From assembly GCA_032718475.1 (NCBI GenBank), contig JAUCBJ010006677.1, positions 1-64,000 of the forward strand: a stretch of DNA of 64,000 nucleotides. The letters are read 5' to 3'. Each line of letters starts with the position of its first letter. Position 1 is the first letter of the stretch. A program made the translations under genes and the position numbers. This DNA is from Nemertoderma westbladi. Taxonomy: Eukaryota > Animalia > Xenacoelomorpha. Below, piece after piece: positions 51,050-63,000 of this stretch. The notes beneath the pieces are model-generated. The model saw only the letters and a program-made list of their open reading frames with translations. It did no database searches and was not told the origin of the DNA.

Positions 51050-54000
51050 TTAAGGCCCACTGGCATTGTTTTCACAGCAGAAGCCTTTGTCAGATTTTGC
51101 GTATTGTCCGTAATTACCTTGGTGGCCTGCAGCCATCTCAAGCAATACCAGACGTTGAATTGGACGTTGTAATGTTGAACCATTTGAAAGCCGTAAAGTT
51201 ACTGAGCGAACCAAACCATCATCACCTTTGTGAATTTCCCGTACTAGTGCAAGCAGCCATTTATGACGAGGGACATTGGGCTCGTCAATAATAACGAGAT
51301 CATTTAAAGCTAGGTTTGGAGCTTTTGAAAACCATTTTGTTCTTGTTTGAATTGTGGGAAGGTAGTGATCCTTCCAAATACCCCAAAAGACATCTACATG
51401 TAAGGCGACTGCCTTATATAAAGCTTGGAGGTAGTATGCTTGAGTGTCACCATCGTCATGGCATTCATATACCTGTAATGACGATGGACGGGGATTTATG
51501 AAATGAGCAGGGGTTATTGCCTCTATGGCATCCGGATCATTGGATATTCGGATTAATGGCCGGTGGTTAATAGAATCTGCAATCTCTAAAAGGAGCGTAC
51601 GGAACATCTCATCCGAAAAATCTCGTGGTGATGGCATTATCTTTGTCAAAGCGGCTTTGATTGAATGAATTAACCGCTCATAGGCACCACCATACCATGG
51701 AGCATGGGGTGGGTTAAAGTGCCATGGTTGATAGACCAACTGGAATTCAACCAACTTCTGTTTAAGTACAGGTTCATTCCAGTCCTCAATGAACTGCTGC
51801 AGTTCTCTGGCAGCAGCAATAAAGTTAGAGCCACAGTCTGAACGGTATTTGGTTGCACCCCCTGTCGATGCTACAAAACGCCGAAGGCAGAGCATAAAGC
51901 TTTGCATGTCAGGATGATCAACAACATCAAGGTAAACTGCTCTAGTTGTAAAGCATGTAAATATTATCGCCCAACGTTTATATATATGGTAGCCCCTGCG
52001 TACACTAAAGGGGCCAAACATATCCACACCAGTGGATGTGAAGGCTGGCTTACCTATTTGAAGACGTTCGGGTGGCAGTGGGGCCTGAAGCTGCGCACAA
52101 GGACGTGCAAATAGCCGTTTACAGGGTAGGCATTGATCTAAAATGTACCGGAGAGATCTCCATGGCCGGATTAAGTAGTAATGTTGACGCAGATCTGCAA
52201 GAATATATTCTTGACCTGCATGATGATTTCGAAGATGTGAATCGTAAATAAGGCCTCTCATAACTGTGGCATTGGACAGAATGATAGGAAATTGTTGCTC
52301 GTAACTAGAATATGCACCGGCAATTCGGCTTCCAACACGCATTAGGCCATTGTGCATTACAGCATGGAATCTATCGGGAATATAAGACCGTTGTAATGTT
52401 TGTAGCTGTCGGTAGTTTTCAGGCACAGTGTATACCTGAATAAAGTGTAGTAATTGCCGTTGAGAGCTATCTATCTCAAGCGGTGTGAGGCATAAGAGTG
52501 CCTGATGAGTATTTAAAGGTATAATGATTTTTGTCTTGGTTGAGTTTGATTTCAAAGATGGTATAGCTGAATTTACAGTCGAGGAACGTAAAGTGAGTAG
52601 CACTTCTGAAACTCTGTGCTTTTTACACTTGTTTGTATCTTCAAGGATGGAATTGTCTTCAGCATTTGGTTCTTTCAGAGGAACCATATTTGGTAATTTA
52701 TTGGGTGTTAACTTTGGTTTTCCACCAAAATACCAATGAATAAAACGTTTAATCCATGTAATAGCCCTTGCAGCTCTATTAAAGGATCGATAATGCTGTA
52801 TAAGATCAAGTAATAGGGGACTAACATTTTTTGTAGTATCAGGAAAGGTTTCATTACCAGTTGAAGGTACTACAATCCGCAGCAGATTACTAAGGCTTGA
52901 AACCTTAATTTGTAATGCAGAATCGAAGTCTGGAACAGCCAATATCAGAGGCTTCACCTTGAGTTCCGCTCCCTTCCCGAGTGTAGTGTCAGATAGGGGT
53001 GGAGGCCAGTACTCTGGTCCTTGTTGTAAGAATTCTGGCCCATCGAACCAAAGTTTACACTCTAAGAATTTGTCACAAAGTAAACCACGCGATGCGGAAT
53101 CGGCAGGGTTTTGATCACCTGGTACATGTCTCCACTGAGCCACAGTGGTGAATGAGAGAATAGCTTGAACTCGGTTTGCAACATAAACTACAAACTGAGT
53201 AGTCTCGTTATGTAAGTACTGCAGAACTAAGGAAGCATCTGTCCAGAATGTAATTTTGGCCTCAGGCCATATGAGTTCTTTATGTAGAGTTCTAGCTAAT
53301 TCAACAGCATATACTGCAGCTTGCAATTCTGCTCTGGGTATGGTTAGTCCTTTCGTAGGAATGATATGAGTTTTGCTGCCTAACAATGCAGTACCAATAT
53401 TCTGGTCACCATCCCAACAAAGATATGCAACCGCTCCCATGCCTAAACTGCTTGCATCACTGAAGATATGGAATGCAACAGATGAGGTAGGCTGAAGATC
53501 AGGCAAATACTGACGTGGCAGGAGCATAGTGTCTAAATAGTGTAAGGCTGTTTCCCATTTATACCATTGTGCTAAGAGGCGACCAGGAAGAGGATCATCC
53601 CAATCTAAGCCATGAGCCCAGATATCCTTTAAAAGAATTTTCCCAGCCATAATGACTGGTGCAATCAATCCTAGAGGATCAAAGGTCGTCGCTAGTATAG
53701 AGAGGCAAGACTTCTTTGTCCGAGGTCCATCGGTAAAGGACTTAACCTTAAAGAACAGGTTGTCTTTTGTAGGATCCCAAAGAATGCCTAGAGCTTTCGT
53801 TACAGGAAGTGGGTCAATACCAAGTTCTACAGTAGCATCCTGGCGAAGCTCAGGACTGAAAGACTTTAAGAACTTAGAACTATTACTTGCAAACTTCAAA
53901 AGATTGAAACCACCTAGTGCGAGAGTGTCACGAACCTGGTGGGCAACAATAATAGCCTGTTCAACTGTTGGCTGTGCACTCATTATATCATCCATATAAA

Positions 54001-57000
54001 TGTCGCGAAGTAACGTACTTGCAGCATCAGGTGAGTAAAACGGCTCTCCCAGTGAGTCGGTGAGGTCTTGGTTATCTGCAACGCAACCAACAACACTGCT
54101 ACCAGCATTTGATGGAGAAGATATTATACCAAATGCTTGAGAACACATTTGATATTCTATGGGATCCCCTGACATGTCTTCAGATTCCCACCATAAATAC
54201 CTCAGGGAATCTCTGTCTACCGGAGTAACTCTGACCTGCATGAACATAGCTTCAATGTCTGCAATGTAAGCAATAGCTGAGATTCGAAATCGAAGAAGAA
54301 TTCCTACAATATTTCTAAGGTAGTTTGGGCCTTTCATTATCTCACTGTTTAAAGAAATTCCACGATATACAGCAGCGCAATCATTTACAACACGAACTTT
54401 ACCTGGCTTATTAGGATTTATAACGAAATGATGAGGCAAGTAATAAGTTCGAGGAGTTGGTGCTATTAAGTGACCTGGAATACGCATAGCCCATCCGTTG
54501 GCTAAGAGTTTGTCCATTTCAGCGCGGTACATTACATTTACTTCAGGGTTGTCAATTAGACGTTTCTTAAGGGAATTTAGACGTCGTAAGGCAAGTGGAC
54601 GATTATTAATGAGGCGTGGTTCAGGCTTTCGCCAGAGAAGGCCTATTTCATAATGGCCATCTGGGAGAAGACGTTGTGTAGTCCTTTGTATTTCAGCGGC
54701 ACGGAGCTCTTCTACAGAGCTAGCTTTCTCTAAATCATGGGGCTGCAATTTCAGACCATCAATCCAGGCAGAAACTCTATGATCCAAAGCTTGAAGTACA
54801 TATTTATCTTCATCACAGAGAAGATCTAGACCAGTATTTATTATGTTTAGAGACTCTTCCATGAGGTTGGTAAAGGAAGTTTCAGATAGTACATCAGTAT
54901 CATCATCTTCTTGGTATAGTTCTTCTTGAAGAAGCAGCTCAGAGGTCTCACCGGGGGGAACCTCCTGTGCCCATAGTGCAGCAGAGGCATCACCACGATC
55001 AGCAGCCATTGTTGATTCAATGTCATCAACTGGCCATTGGCGTTCTATACAAGTTCGTCGAGAGGGGCCTGTAAAGTACCAACCCAGTAGACTTCGGGTA
55101 GCTAGACATCCATATGCAGTAGGATTAGATGGGCGCTGTTCTAATATAATACGCATTTCTGAGCAATTACCACCAATGATCATTACAACTGATGGATCAG
55201 GCAGAGTTGGTGCTTTCAAGCCAACTTCTGCAGGAAAAGGGTCTGAAGCCCAATCATATGCTTGACCACAAGCTTGACCAAACTTCAGGCGAACCATTCG
55301 CACACGTGGGAGGCGAGCAGTACAGCTTCCCTCCAGAGAACTAATGGAGCCAAATGCCTTTCTTGTACCCATGACTTCTTCCCCTGAAATACCTTGCAAT
55401 GTCAATCTAAGACTAGTTGATTCTGGGAAGATCTTGTCAAAGACAGACTCATCTAAAAATGTTGCAGTACTGCCAGTATCTAGCAAAGCAAAGCAGTGAT
55501 GCTCAATGCCATGACCCATGACACGAACTGGAAGAATAGGATATTCTTTAACACTGCGTTTTCCTATAAAGAAAGATTTAGCAATGGATGGAGAGTCTAC
55601 CATTTCAACTATATAGGCCTCAGCCTCTGCTTCTACCTCTCCTGGACTATCTTCAACAAAGGATGAATCTGATCCAGTAATCAACTCTGCAGTAAGTACA
55701 GCTACAGCAGTTGAAGCATTAGGGTCTCGACATATCAAGGTATGATGGCAATTATCACATGCTCTGCAATTTCGTGCTGAAGGGCACTCTGTGGTAGTGT
55801 GACCTGAACGAAGACAATTATAACAAAGTCGAGACTTTGATATAAAGTCTCGGCGCTGCTTAACATCATCTTTGTGAAATGTTTCGCAGCGGTAGATATG
55901 GTGATTACCATTTTTACATCGGATGCATTCGGGTGGTACTGACTTGGGTTTTTCACATGACAGTTTTGGTTTAGAGGATTTTGATTTACTTGGTAAAGGC
56001 AATTTGCGGTCTGTTACTGCACAGGTTGTTTCTTCTGATTCCTCATCGGCTGACTTATTATAAATTTCTGGAGTTACAGCTGCTGAGGCTGCAAAGGCTG
56101 CTTCAACTGCCTTTTTTGGATGCCATCGATAAGAAGGCCGTAATTCGGTTCTAGGTTGATTCCGTGCTGCCTTATCTGTAGCAGTAGCAGCTGTTGGGGC
56201 ACCACTGCACTCAGCCAAATCAACTTCCCATTCAAGAAACTTCATAAAATCATTTAGATTCTCAGAACGAGGCATAACATGATCAGATTCGGGGTATACA
56301 AGACGTTTTACATTCTTAAACCACCGTCCTTGACATGCTCCAGTTAGTTTCTGGACCATAGTACTTATAATTGGGGCGTTATCCAATTCATTGATTTGAT
56401 CAATTGCTGTTAATTGCGCTACAATACGCTCCAATGTATCAAAAAATGGAGTAATATCCTGCTGGCCTTTAAGAGCAGGATACTCAATAACTTGGCGATA
56501 TAACTCTTTGGCAAGCCATCGCGGATTGCCATAGCGTTTTTTAAGTTTTGCCCAGGCCTTCTCAAAACCCCCAGGGATTCCAATATGTTGGGTGACTGCA
56601 AGGTGGGGCGGCCCAGCAGTTGCAGATAGCAAAAAGCTAAGATTTTCCTGAGAGGACAAACCTTTACTAAGAACAGTTGTGGTAAAGTACTGTAAGAAGG
56701 CTGGCCATTGTTCTGGGTCACCTTTGAAGGTGACAAATTTAGTGTATGGTAGAAATCGATTGATTTCTGTATGCGACAAAATTCGCATACTGGCTTGTTC
56801 TAGACTAGTGTTAAGCCCAGATTGTGATTGTCCAATATTTTGGGTATTTTGATTTTGAGTCCCTATTTCTGGATATCCCATTGGATCAACATCATTATAT
56901 CGGGATACCTCTGGATATTGATGTCGCTGTGAGCCATATGGTGGCCCAGACATTCTTGCATTATGTGGATACCACACTGGATTTTGTGATCGTGGGATGG

Positions 57001-58504
57001 GAGGACCATTGTCAGTGTTCATGAATTCTCGATGTGGATTTGACCCTAAAGCAGTTCCTGGTAGATACCGAATGTCCTGAGCTGGAAATTTCTTGGTTAC
57101 CTGTGGAAGATTACTCGCAATTGGTGGTCGAGTACCTGAGGCAAATGGTTGTCGCTCTGCTTCAGGATCTTGATGAATGGGTATGGCAGCAGAGGAAGGC
57201 ATACTTCGCCTATGGTTTGGGTTTGGTTCTCGAACCCGATATTGACCAGTTGGTAATGGTTTTAATGGCGGGAAAGGCACTGCCTTTGGATTTATTGGTG
57301 TTATGGATGGATTGGCTGCCTTAACAGCCGACACTAAAGGTGGCGACAAATTATTATATGTCACTGGCATAGTCGCTGGGATTTGTGTTGAAGTGAGTGT
57401 AGATGTTACATGTGGATCTCGATCTGGGGTTCGGAGCGGAAATGTTCCCCGTGAAAGACCTGATCCCGCACTTCCACCTGAACCATACTCAATGATTCTA
57501 CGAGATTTACGCTGCTCAATCTCCATTTCAGCTTCATCCATTTTTTCTTGGGCACGCCGCTTGGCCTGTGCTTTGATTATAGCAGTATCAACGCGAGAGA
57601 TATGTTCTTCTTGCTCTTTAATAGCGCGTTGCCTAACAGCCTCGGCTTTGAGGAGAGCTTCCTCCTGCTCCATTACAGCATGGCGCCTAACTCTCTCCCT
57701 ATGTGCTTCATCCCTTTTCTGCTCAGCCTCCAGATAGGCTCGAACGGTAGAACTGGAGTTGCTGCAGTGAGAACCTACAGGTATTTGGGAAACACTGTCG
57801 TTTGGACAGAGTGTGTTATCAGCTGCTAATTCAGTAGCTACATCAACAGAACGACTTACTGGTGTAACATAAGGTACAACTGATATATTGGTTGGTGAGC
57901 AAATTGTCATATCAGCAACTTTACCAGTGATTTCATCCACTACTGGTGGCACCACCTCTCCCAAAGACTTGGCTGCTTTAAGTGGGTATAGACCTCCCGG
58001 CATAGCATTAAAAAATTTATTGATTATTACAGTAAATTCGGCATCTGCCTTTTGTACATATAAGCATATGGGCTCACGGTTTGTAAGTTTAGCATACCGA
58101 AGCAAGGTTTCACTGAGATGCCGTCTTTTTGATAATATCTCCTCCATCTCGATGCCATAACCCCGTAGTAGATCAATAGGAGTCTCATCAGTCCATGCCC
58201 TTTGCAAGGCAATAATTTCATTGACTCGGCGGTTGCGGTAGCCAATGACCCCACCAAGTGCCCTGCGCCAACCCTCTGTTTCCAGAGAGGCAGCGTCGAG
58301 ACCAAGTGCAGCTAGGCTAACCAAAATCTCAGGTAAGTTTTGATTGGCTACGGCCGCAGCCCCAACATGAGCTGCGTTCCTTGTGGGAGGTGCCCCAAGG
58401 CCACCTTGTACTTTATCCTGTATAACCTTTGGTTTGGTTCGCTGTGGACTTAGGACTTGCTGACTTTGGGTTGACCTTTGACTAGTTTTACTATAATCAC
58501 TCAT
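51050..58504 (-). CDS. BEL/Pao gag-pol polyprotein, 2484 aa, uninterrupted
   Basis: Gag FKGDPEQWPAF and three zinc knuckles (CIRC..H..C, CYNC..GH..C, CRAC..HHTLIC), protease LLDTGS, RT YLPHH / KVRVVND / DIEAMF / YMDD, RNase H FSDAS, integrase GVDMFGP / SDCGSNF / GGAYERL, and C-terminal DGLVRSV. Confidence 0.97.
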   Translation of the reverse strand: MSDYSKTSQRSTQSQQVLSPQRTKPKVIQDKVQGGLGAPPTRNAAHVGAAAVANQNLPEILVSLAALGLDAASLETEGWRRALGGVIGYRNRRVNEIIALQRAWTDETPIDLLRGYGIEMEEILSKRRHLSETLLRYAKLTNREPICLYVQKADAEFTVIINKFFNAMPGGLYPLKAAKSLGEVVPPVVDEITGKVADMTICSPTNISVVPYVTPVSRSVDVATELAADNTLCPNDSVSQIPVGSHCSNSSSTVRAYLEAEQKRDEAHRERVRRHAVMEQEEALLKAEAVRQRAIKEQEEHISRVDTAIIKAQAKRRAQEKMDEAEMEIEQRKSRRIIEYGSGGSAGSGLSRGTFPLRTPDRDPHVTSTLTSTQIPATMPVTYNNLSPPLVSAVKAANPSITPINPKAVPFPPLKPLPTGQYRVREPNPNHRRSMPSSAAIPIHQDPEAERQPFASGTRPPIASNLPQVTKKFPAQDIRYLPGTALGSNPHREFMNTDNGPPIPRSQNPVWYPHNARMSGPPYGSQRHQYPEVSRYNDVDPMGYPEIGTQNQNTQNIGQSQSGLNTSLEQASMRILSHTEINRFLPYTKFVTFKGDPEQWPAFLQYFTTTVLSKGLSSQENLSFLLSATAGPPHLAVTQHIGIPGGFEKAWAKLKKRYGNPRWLAKELYRQVIEYPALKGQQDITPFFDTLERIVAQLTAIDQINELDNAPIISTMVQKLTGACQGRWFKNVKRLVYPESDHVMPRSENLNDFMKFLEWEVDLAECSGAPTAATATDKAARNQPRTELRPSYRWHPKKAVEAAFAASAAVTPEIYNKSADEESEETTCAVTDRKLPLPSKSKSSKPKLSCEKPKSVPPECIRCKNGNHHIYRCETFHKDDVKQRRDFISKSRLCYNCLRSGHTTTECPSARNCRACDNCHHTLICRDPNASTAVAVLTAELITGSDSSFVEDSPGEVEAEAEAYIVEMVDSPSIAKSFFIGKRSVKEYPILPVRVMGHGIEHHCFALLDTGSTATFLDESVFDKIFPESTSLRLTLQGISGEEVMGTRKAFGSISSLEGSCTARLPRVRMVRLKFGQACGQAYDWASDPFPAEVGLKAPTLPDPSVVMIIGGNCSEMRIILEQRPSNPTAYGCLATRSLLGWYFTGPSRRTCIERQWPVDDIESTMAADRGDASAALWAQEVPPGETSELLLQEELYQEDDDTDVLSETSFTNLMEESLNIINTGLDLLCDEDKYVLQALDHRVSAWIDGLKLQPHDLEKASSVEELRAAEIQRTTQRLLPDGHYEIGLLWRKPEPRLINNRPLALRRLNSLKKRLIDNPEVNVMYRAEMDKLLANGWAMRIPGHLIAPTPRTYYLPHHFVINPNKPGKVRVVNDCAAVYRGISLNSEIMKGPNYLRNIVGILLRFRISAIAYIADIEAMFMQVRVTPVDRDSLRYLWWESEDMSGDPIEYQMCSQAFGIISSPSNAGSSVVGCVADNQDLTDSLGEPFYSPDAASTLLRDIYMDDIMSAQPTVEQAIIVAHQVRDTLALGGFNLLKFASNSSKFLKSFSPELRQDATVELGIDPLPVTKALGILWDPTKDNLFFKVKSFTDGPRTKKSCLSILATTFDPLGLIAPVIMAGKILLKDIWAHGLDWDDPLPGRLLAQWYKWETALHYLDTMLLPRQYLPDLQPTSSVAFHIFSDASSLGMGAVAYLCWDGDQNIGTALLGSKTHIIPTKGLTIPRAELQAAVYAVELARTLHKELIWPEAKITFWTDASLVLQYLHNETTQFVVYVANRVQAILSFTTVAQWRHVPGDQNPADSASRGLLCDKFLECKLWFDGPEFLQQGPEYWPPPLSDTTLGKGAELKVKPLILAVPDFDSALQIKVSSLSNLLRIVVPSTGNETFPDTTKNVSPLLLDLIQHYRSFNRAARAITWIKRFIHWYFGGKPKLTPNKLPNMVPLKEPNAEDNSILEDTNKCKKHRVSEVLLTLRSSTVNSAIPSLKSNSTKTKIIIPLNTHQALLCLTPLEIDSSQRQLLHFIQVYTVPENYRQLQTLQRSYIPDRFHAVMHNGLMRVGSRIAGAYSSYEQQFPIILSNATVMRGLIYDSHLRNHHAGQEYILADLRQHYYLIRPWRSLRYILDQCLPCKRLFARPCAQLQAPLPPERLQIGKPAFTSTGVDMFGPFSVRRGYHIYKRWAIIFTCFTTRAVYLDVVDHPDMQSFMLCLRRFVASTGGATKYRSDCGSNFIAAARELQQFIEDWNEPVLKQKLVEFQLVYQPWHFNPPHAPWYGGAYERLIHSIKAALTKIMPSPRDFSDEMFRTLLLEIADSINHRPLIRISNDPDAIEAITPAHFINPRPSSLQVYECHDDGDTQAYYLQALYKAVALHVDVFWGIWKDHYLPTIQTRTKWFSKAPNLALNDLVIIDEPNVPRHKWLLALVREIHKGDDGLVRSVTLRLSNGSTLQRPIQRLVLLEMAAGHQGNYGQYAKSDKGFCCENNASGP

Positions 58505-59116
58505 ATTTAATACTTGTGGGAATTGTTATTTATATAAATTAATAATTGATTATGTAGGCCCGTAAAAATAAAATAAATTAGCCTTTATCTTTTTAATAAC
58601 CAATTTTTTCAGGTCAACCTTTTACATTATAGCCTAAATTTAAATGAGAAACTATACAGCGGTTAGCGGTTAGTAGTAAGTCGAAATAGTAAACAATATC
58701 TGCAACAAATCGCTGCGGAAACAAAACTATTCGTTTTAGGCCAATTTCAATATATTTAAATTTACGAAATTAAACCAATTATCAATTTAATCAAAGGTAT
58801 GTAATTTTATTAAGGTTGCCAGTATGCAGACATTCCACAGTCAAATATCATTGGAATCCCAAGTCAATTTAATTATGTATACTACCGGTATATCTACTCT
58901 ATGTAAACACACCATATATACAACAGTACAGTATATATATAAACTTAGATATTACCAGCAACAGTAAAAAATTAACCCTTATATTTTTTTTAAATATATA
59001 TCTCACTTTAAAGGTACTGTAAGTAAAATCAGACCACACAGAAAGGTGGCGAATGAGGATCGCACTTTCTCCAATTAATATCAATTACAGGTAACTGGTA
59101 TTAATTGAAAAATCTA

Positions 59117-59128
59117 ACTTTCCTTTAA
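59117..59128 (-). promoter_or_regulatory. Atypical primer-binding site TTAAAGGAAAGT, complementary to the element's own LTR
   Basis: Abuts the 5' LTR and lacks the TGG of tRNA PBSs. It is the exact reverse complement of an LTR 12-mer at 59484-59495 (also 49290-49301). Confidence 0.65.
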
Positions 59129-60087
59129 TGTCATAGTCGGTGACTGTTAGACAGTTAATAAAGAACCTGATACCCGACTTTCTCGGTACGACGTGACTGA
59201 CAGGTCGAATTCCGGGGTGGATAGGGGACATTCGCACACTTATTTTAAACTATCTTACACAAAAGGGTCAGAAGGGGGCAGCTTATGGCTTTACGGTAGA
59301 GCTACAAGACACCAAGCAGGGTAAACCTATTAATGTGGTTTGAAACTCACTTTAATAAGTTCACAATAATAACCAACACAAACAGGCCCGACAATCAGTA
59401 CGATTGAGGGTGTACTTTATATCATAATATAATGATCCCAGAAACCCAATAGGTGGGTTATCAGTATCGTGAAAGATAACACGTTAAAGGAAAGTATGGC
59501 TCCCTAAGCCGTTATGTCAGGCGAATAGGCAAGGCCGAATGAAATATAGTTTGTTGAGCTATCGGTGGTTGCCGTTGGGGCCAAGGGGGGCCACCAACCA
59601 TCCAGACGCACCGACCGTGACCGCGGCCGGATAACTCACGCGGACGGTAAACTGCTCGGTTGAGGAAAAGCACCAGGCAAGACTGGGTCGCCTCGTACAG
59701 CACAGCGAGTACTAGGTAGCCACTGACTGAATATAAATATGAAATATATCTAAATAAATCTAAATAAATAAATATATCTAAATATAAATAAGTTCAAATA
59801 TGTTTAGTACGGTATTATCAATGTAGAGGTACAACCTGACTACATGAAAGCAACACTATTACATGAAAGCTGAGGTACCACCTGACCGCAATAATTCCTT
59901 AACTACCGTTACAAGGCATTCAATGGTAGGGCCAGAACAGCTGATCATAACTATTAGCACCTTGTACTGTACCAATAGAAAGTAGGAAATGTGGGAGCTA
60001 CTATCTACAGAGATTGCCAGTCAATTATTATCAGATAATAAACAAAGTAATCAGGGCGAGGCCCATTATTACCATCCCAGTTTAACA

Positions 60088-63000
60088 ATTAGTGCCTGTA
60101 TAGACTGCGTCAAGGATAGAGGTTTGTACTTTGCATTAGTGCCTGTATAGACTGCGTCAAGGATACAGATTTGTACTTTGCATTAGTGCCTGTATAGACT
60201 GCGCCAAGGATACAGGTTTGTACTTTGCATTAGTGCCTGTATAGACTGCGTCAAGGATACAGGTTTGTACTTTGCATTAGTGCCTGTATAGACTACGTCA
60301 AGGATAGAGGTTTGTACTTTGCATTAGTGCCTGTATAGACTGCGTTAGGGTTACAGGTTTGTACTTGGCATTAGTGCCTGTATAGACTGCGCCAAGGATA
60401 CAGGTTTGTACTTTGCATTAGTGCCTGTATAGACTGCGCCAAGGATACAGGTTTGTACTTTGCATTAGTGCCTGTATAAACTGCGTCAAGGATGGAGGTT
60501 TGTACTTTGCATTAGTGCCTGTATAGACTGCGTCAAGGATAGAGGTTTGTACTTTGCATTAGTGCCTGTATAGACTGCGCCAAGGATACAGGTTTGTACT
60601 TTGCATTAGTGCCTGTATAGACTGCGCCAAGGATACAGGTTTGTACTTTGCATTAGTGCCTGTATAGACTGCGTCAAGGATAGAGGTTTGTACTTTGCAT
60701 TAGTGCCTGTATAGACTGCGCCAAGGATACAGGTTTGTACTTTGCATTAGTGCCTGTATAGACTGCGCCAAGGATACAGGTTTGTACTTTGCATTAGTGC
60801 CTGTATAGACTGCGTCAAGGATACAGATTTGTACTTTGCATTAGTGCCTGTATAGACTGCACCAAGGATATAGGTTTGTACTTTGCATTAGTGCCTGTAT
60901 AGACTGCGCCACGGATACAGGTTTGTACTTTGCATTAGTGCCTGTATAGACTGCGTCAAGGATAGAGGTTTGTACTTTGCATTAGTGCCTGTATAGACTG
61001 CGTCAAGGATAGAGGTTTGTACTTTGCATTAGTGCCTGTATAGACTGCGCCAAGGATACAGGTTTGTACTTTGCATTAGTGCCTGTATAGACTGCGCCAA
61101 GGATACAGGTTTGTACTTTGCATTAGTGCCTGTATAGACTGCGTCAAGGATAGAGGTTTGTACTTTGCATTAGTGCCTGTATAGACTGCGCCAAGGATAC
61201 AGGTTTGTACTTTGCATTAGTGCCTGTATAGACTGCGCCAAGGATACAGGTTTGTACTTTGCATTAGTGCCTGTATAGACTGCGCCAAGGATACAAGTTT
61301 GTACTTTGCATTAGTGCCTGTATAGACTGTGCCAAGGATACAGGTTTGTACTTTGCATTAGTGCCTGTATAGACTGCGTCAAGGATAGAGGTTTGTACTT
61401 TGCATTAGTGCCTGTATAGACTGCGCCAAGGATACAGGTTTGTACTTTGCATTAGTGCCTGTATAGACTGCGCTAAGGATACAGGTTTGTACTTTGCATT
61501 AGTGCCTGTATAGACTGCGCCAAGGATACAGGTTTGTACTTTGCATTAGTGCCTGTATAGACTGCGCCAAGGATACAGGTTTGTACTTTGCATTAATGCC
61601 TGTATAGACTGCGCCAAGGATACAGGTTTGTACTTTGCATTAGTGCCTGTATAGACTGCGTCAAGGATAGAGGTTTGTACTTTGCATTAGTGCCTGTATA
61701 GACTGCGCCAAGGATACAGGTTTGTACTTTGCATTAGTGCCTGTATAGACTGCGCCAAGGATACAGGTTTGTACTTTGCATTAGTGCCTGTATAGACTGC
61801 GCCAAGGATACAGGTTTGTACTTTGCATTAGTGCCTGTATAGACTGCGCCAAGGATACAGGTTTGCACTTTGCATTAGTGCCTGTATAGACTGCGTCAAG
61901 GATACAGATTTGTACTTTGCATTAGTGCCTGTATAGACTGCACCAAGGATATAGGTTTGTACTTTGCATTAGTGCCTGTATAGACTGCGCCACGGATACA
62001 GGTTTGTACTTTGCATTAGTGCCTGTTTAGACTGCGTCAAGGATAGAGGTTTGTACTTTGCATTAGTGCCTGTATAGACTGCGCCAAGGATACAGGTTTG
62101 TACTTTGCATTAGTGCCTGTATAGACTGCGCCAAGGATACAGGTTTGTACTTTGCATTAGTGCCTGTATAGACTGCGTCAAGGATACAGGTTTGTACTTT
62201 GCAGTAGTGCCTGTATAGACTGCGTCAATGATACAGATTTGTACTTTGCATTAGTGCCTGTATAGACTGCACCAAGGATACAGGTTTGTACTTTGCATTA
62301 GTGCCTGTATAGACTGCGCCAAGGATACAGGTTTGTACTTTGCAGTAGTGCCTGTATAGACTGCGTCAAGGATACAGATTTGTACTTTGCATTAGTGCCT
62401 GTATAGACTGCGCCAAGGATACAGGTTTGTACTTTGCATTAGTGCCTGTATAGACTGCGCCAAGGATACAGGTTTGTACTTTGCATTAGTGCCTGTATAG
62501 ACTGCGTCAAGGATACAGATTTGTACTTTGCATTAGTGCCTGTATAGACTGCACCAAGGATATAGGTTTGTACTTTGCATTAGTGCCTGTATAGACTGCG
62601 CCACGGATACAGGTTTGTACTTTGCATTAGTGCCTGTATAGACTGCGTCAAGGATAGAGGTTTGTACTTTGCATTAGTGCCTGTATAGACTGCGCCAAGG
62701 ATACAGGTTTTTACTTTGCAATAGTGCCTGTATAGACTGCACCAAGGATACAGGTTTGTACTTTGCATTAGTGCCTGTATAGACTGCGCCAAGGATACAG
62801 GTTTGTACTTTGCATTAGTGCCTGTATAGACTGCGCCAAGGATACAGGTTTGTACTTTGCATTAGTGCCTGTATAGACTGCGCCAAGGATACAGGCTTGT
62901 ACTTTGCATTAGTGCCTGTATAGACTGCGCCAAGGATACATGTTTGTACTTTGCATTAGTGCCTGTATAGACTGCGCCAAGGATACAGGTTTGTACTTTG

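Larger units (their letters stand above)
48908..60087 (-). mobile_element. BEL/Pao LTR retrotransposon, full length
   Basis: TG...CA LTRs at 48908-49893 (3' LTR, 986 bp) and 59129-60087 (5' LTR, 959 bp) differ by about 5 substitutions and one 27-bp net indel. 5-bp TSD ATTAG at 48903-48907 and 60088-60092. A PPT-like AGGGAGCGG precedes the 3' LTR on the minus strand. Confidence 0.97.

Noticed and set aside
49290-59128. TTAAAGGAAAGT...ACTTTCCTTTAA read as the TIRs of a TTAA-type DNA transposon
   Set aside because: The motif sits at the homologous position within both LTRs with continuous LTR sequence around it, so it is part of the BEL element rather than an insertion boundary.
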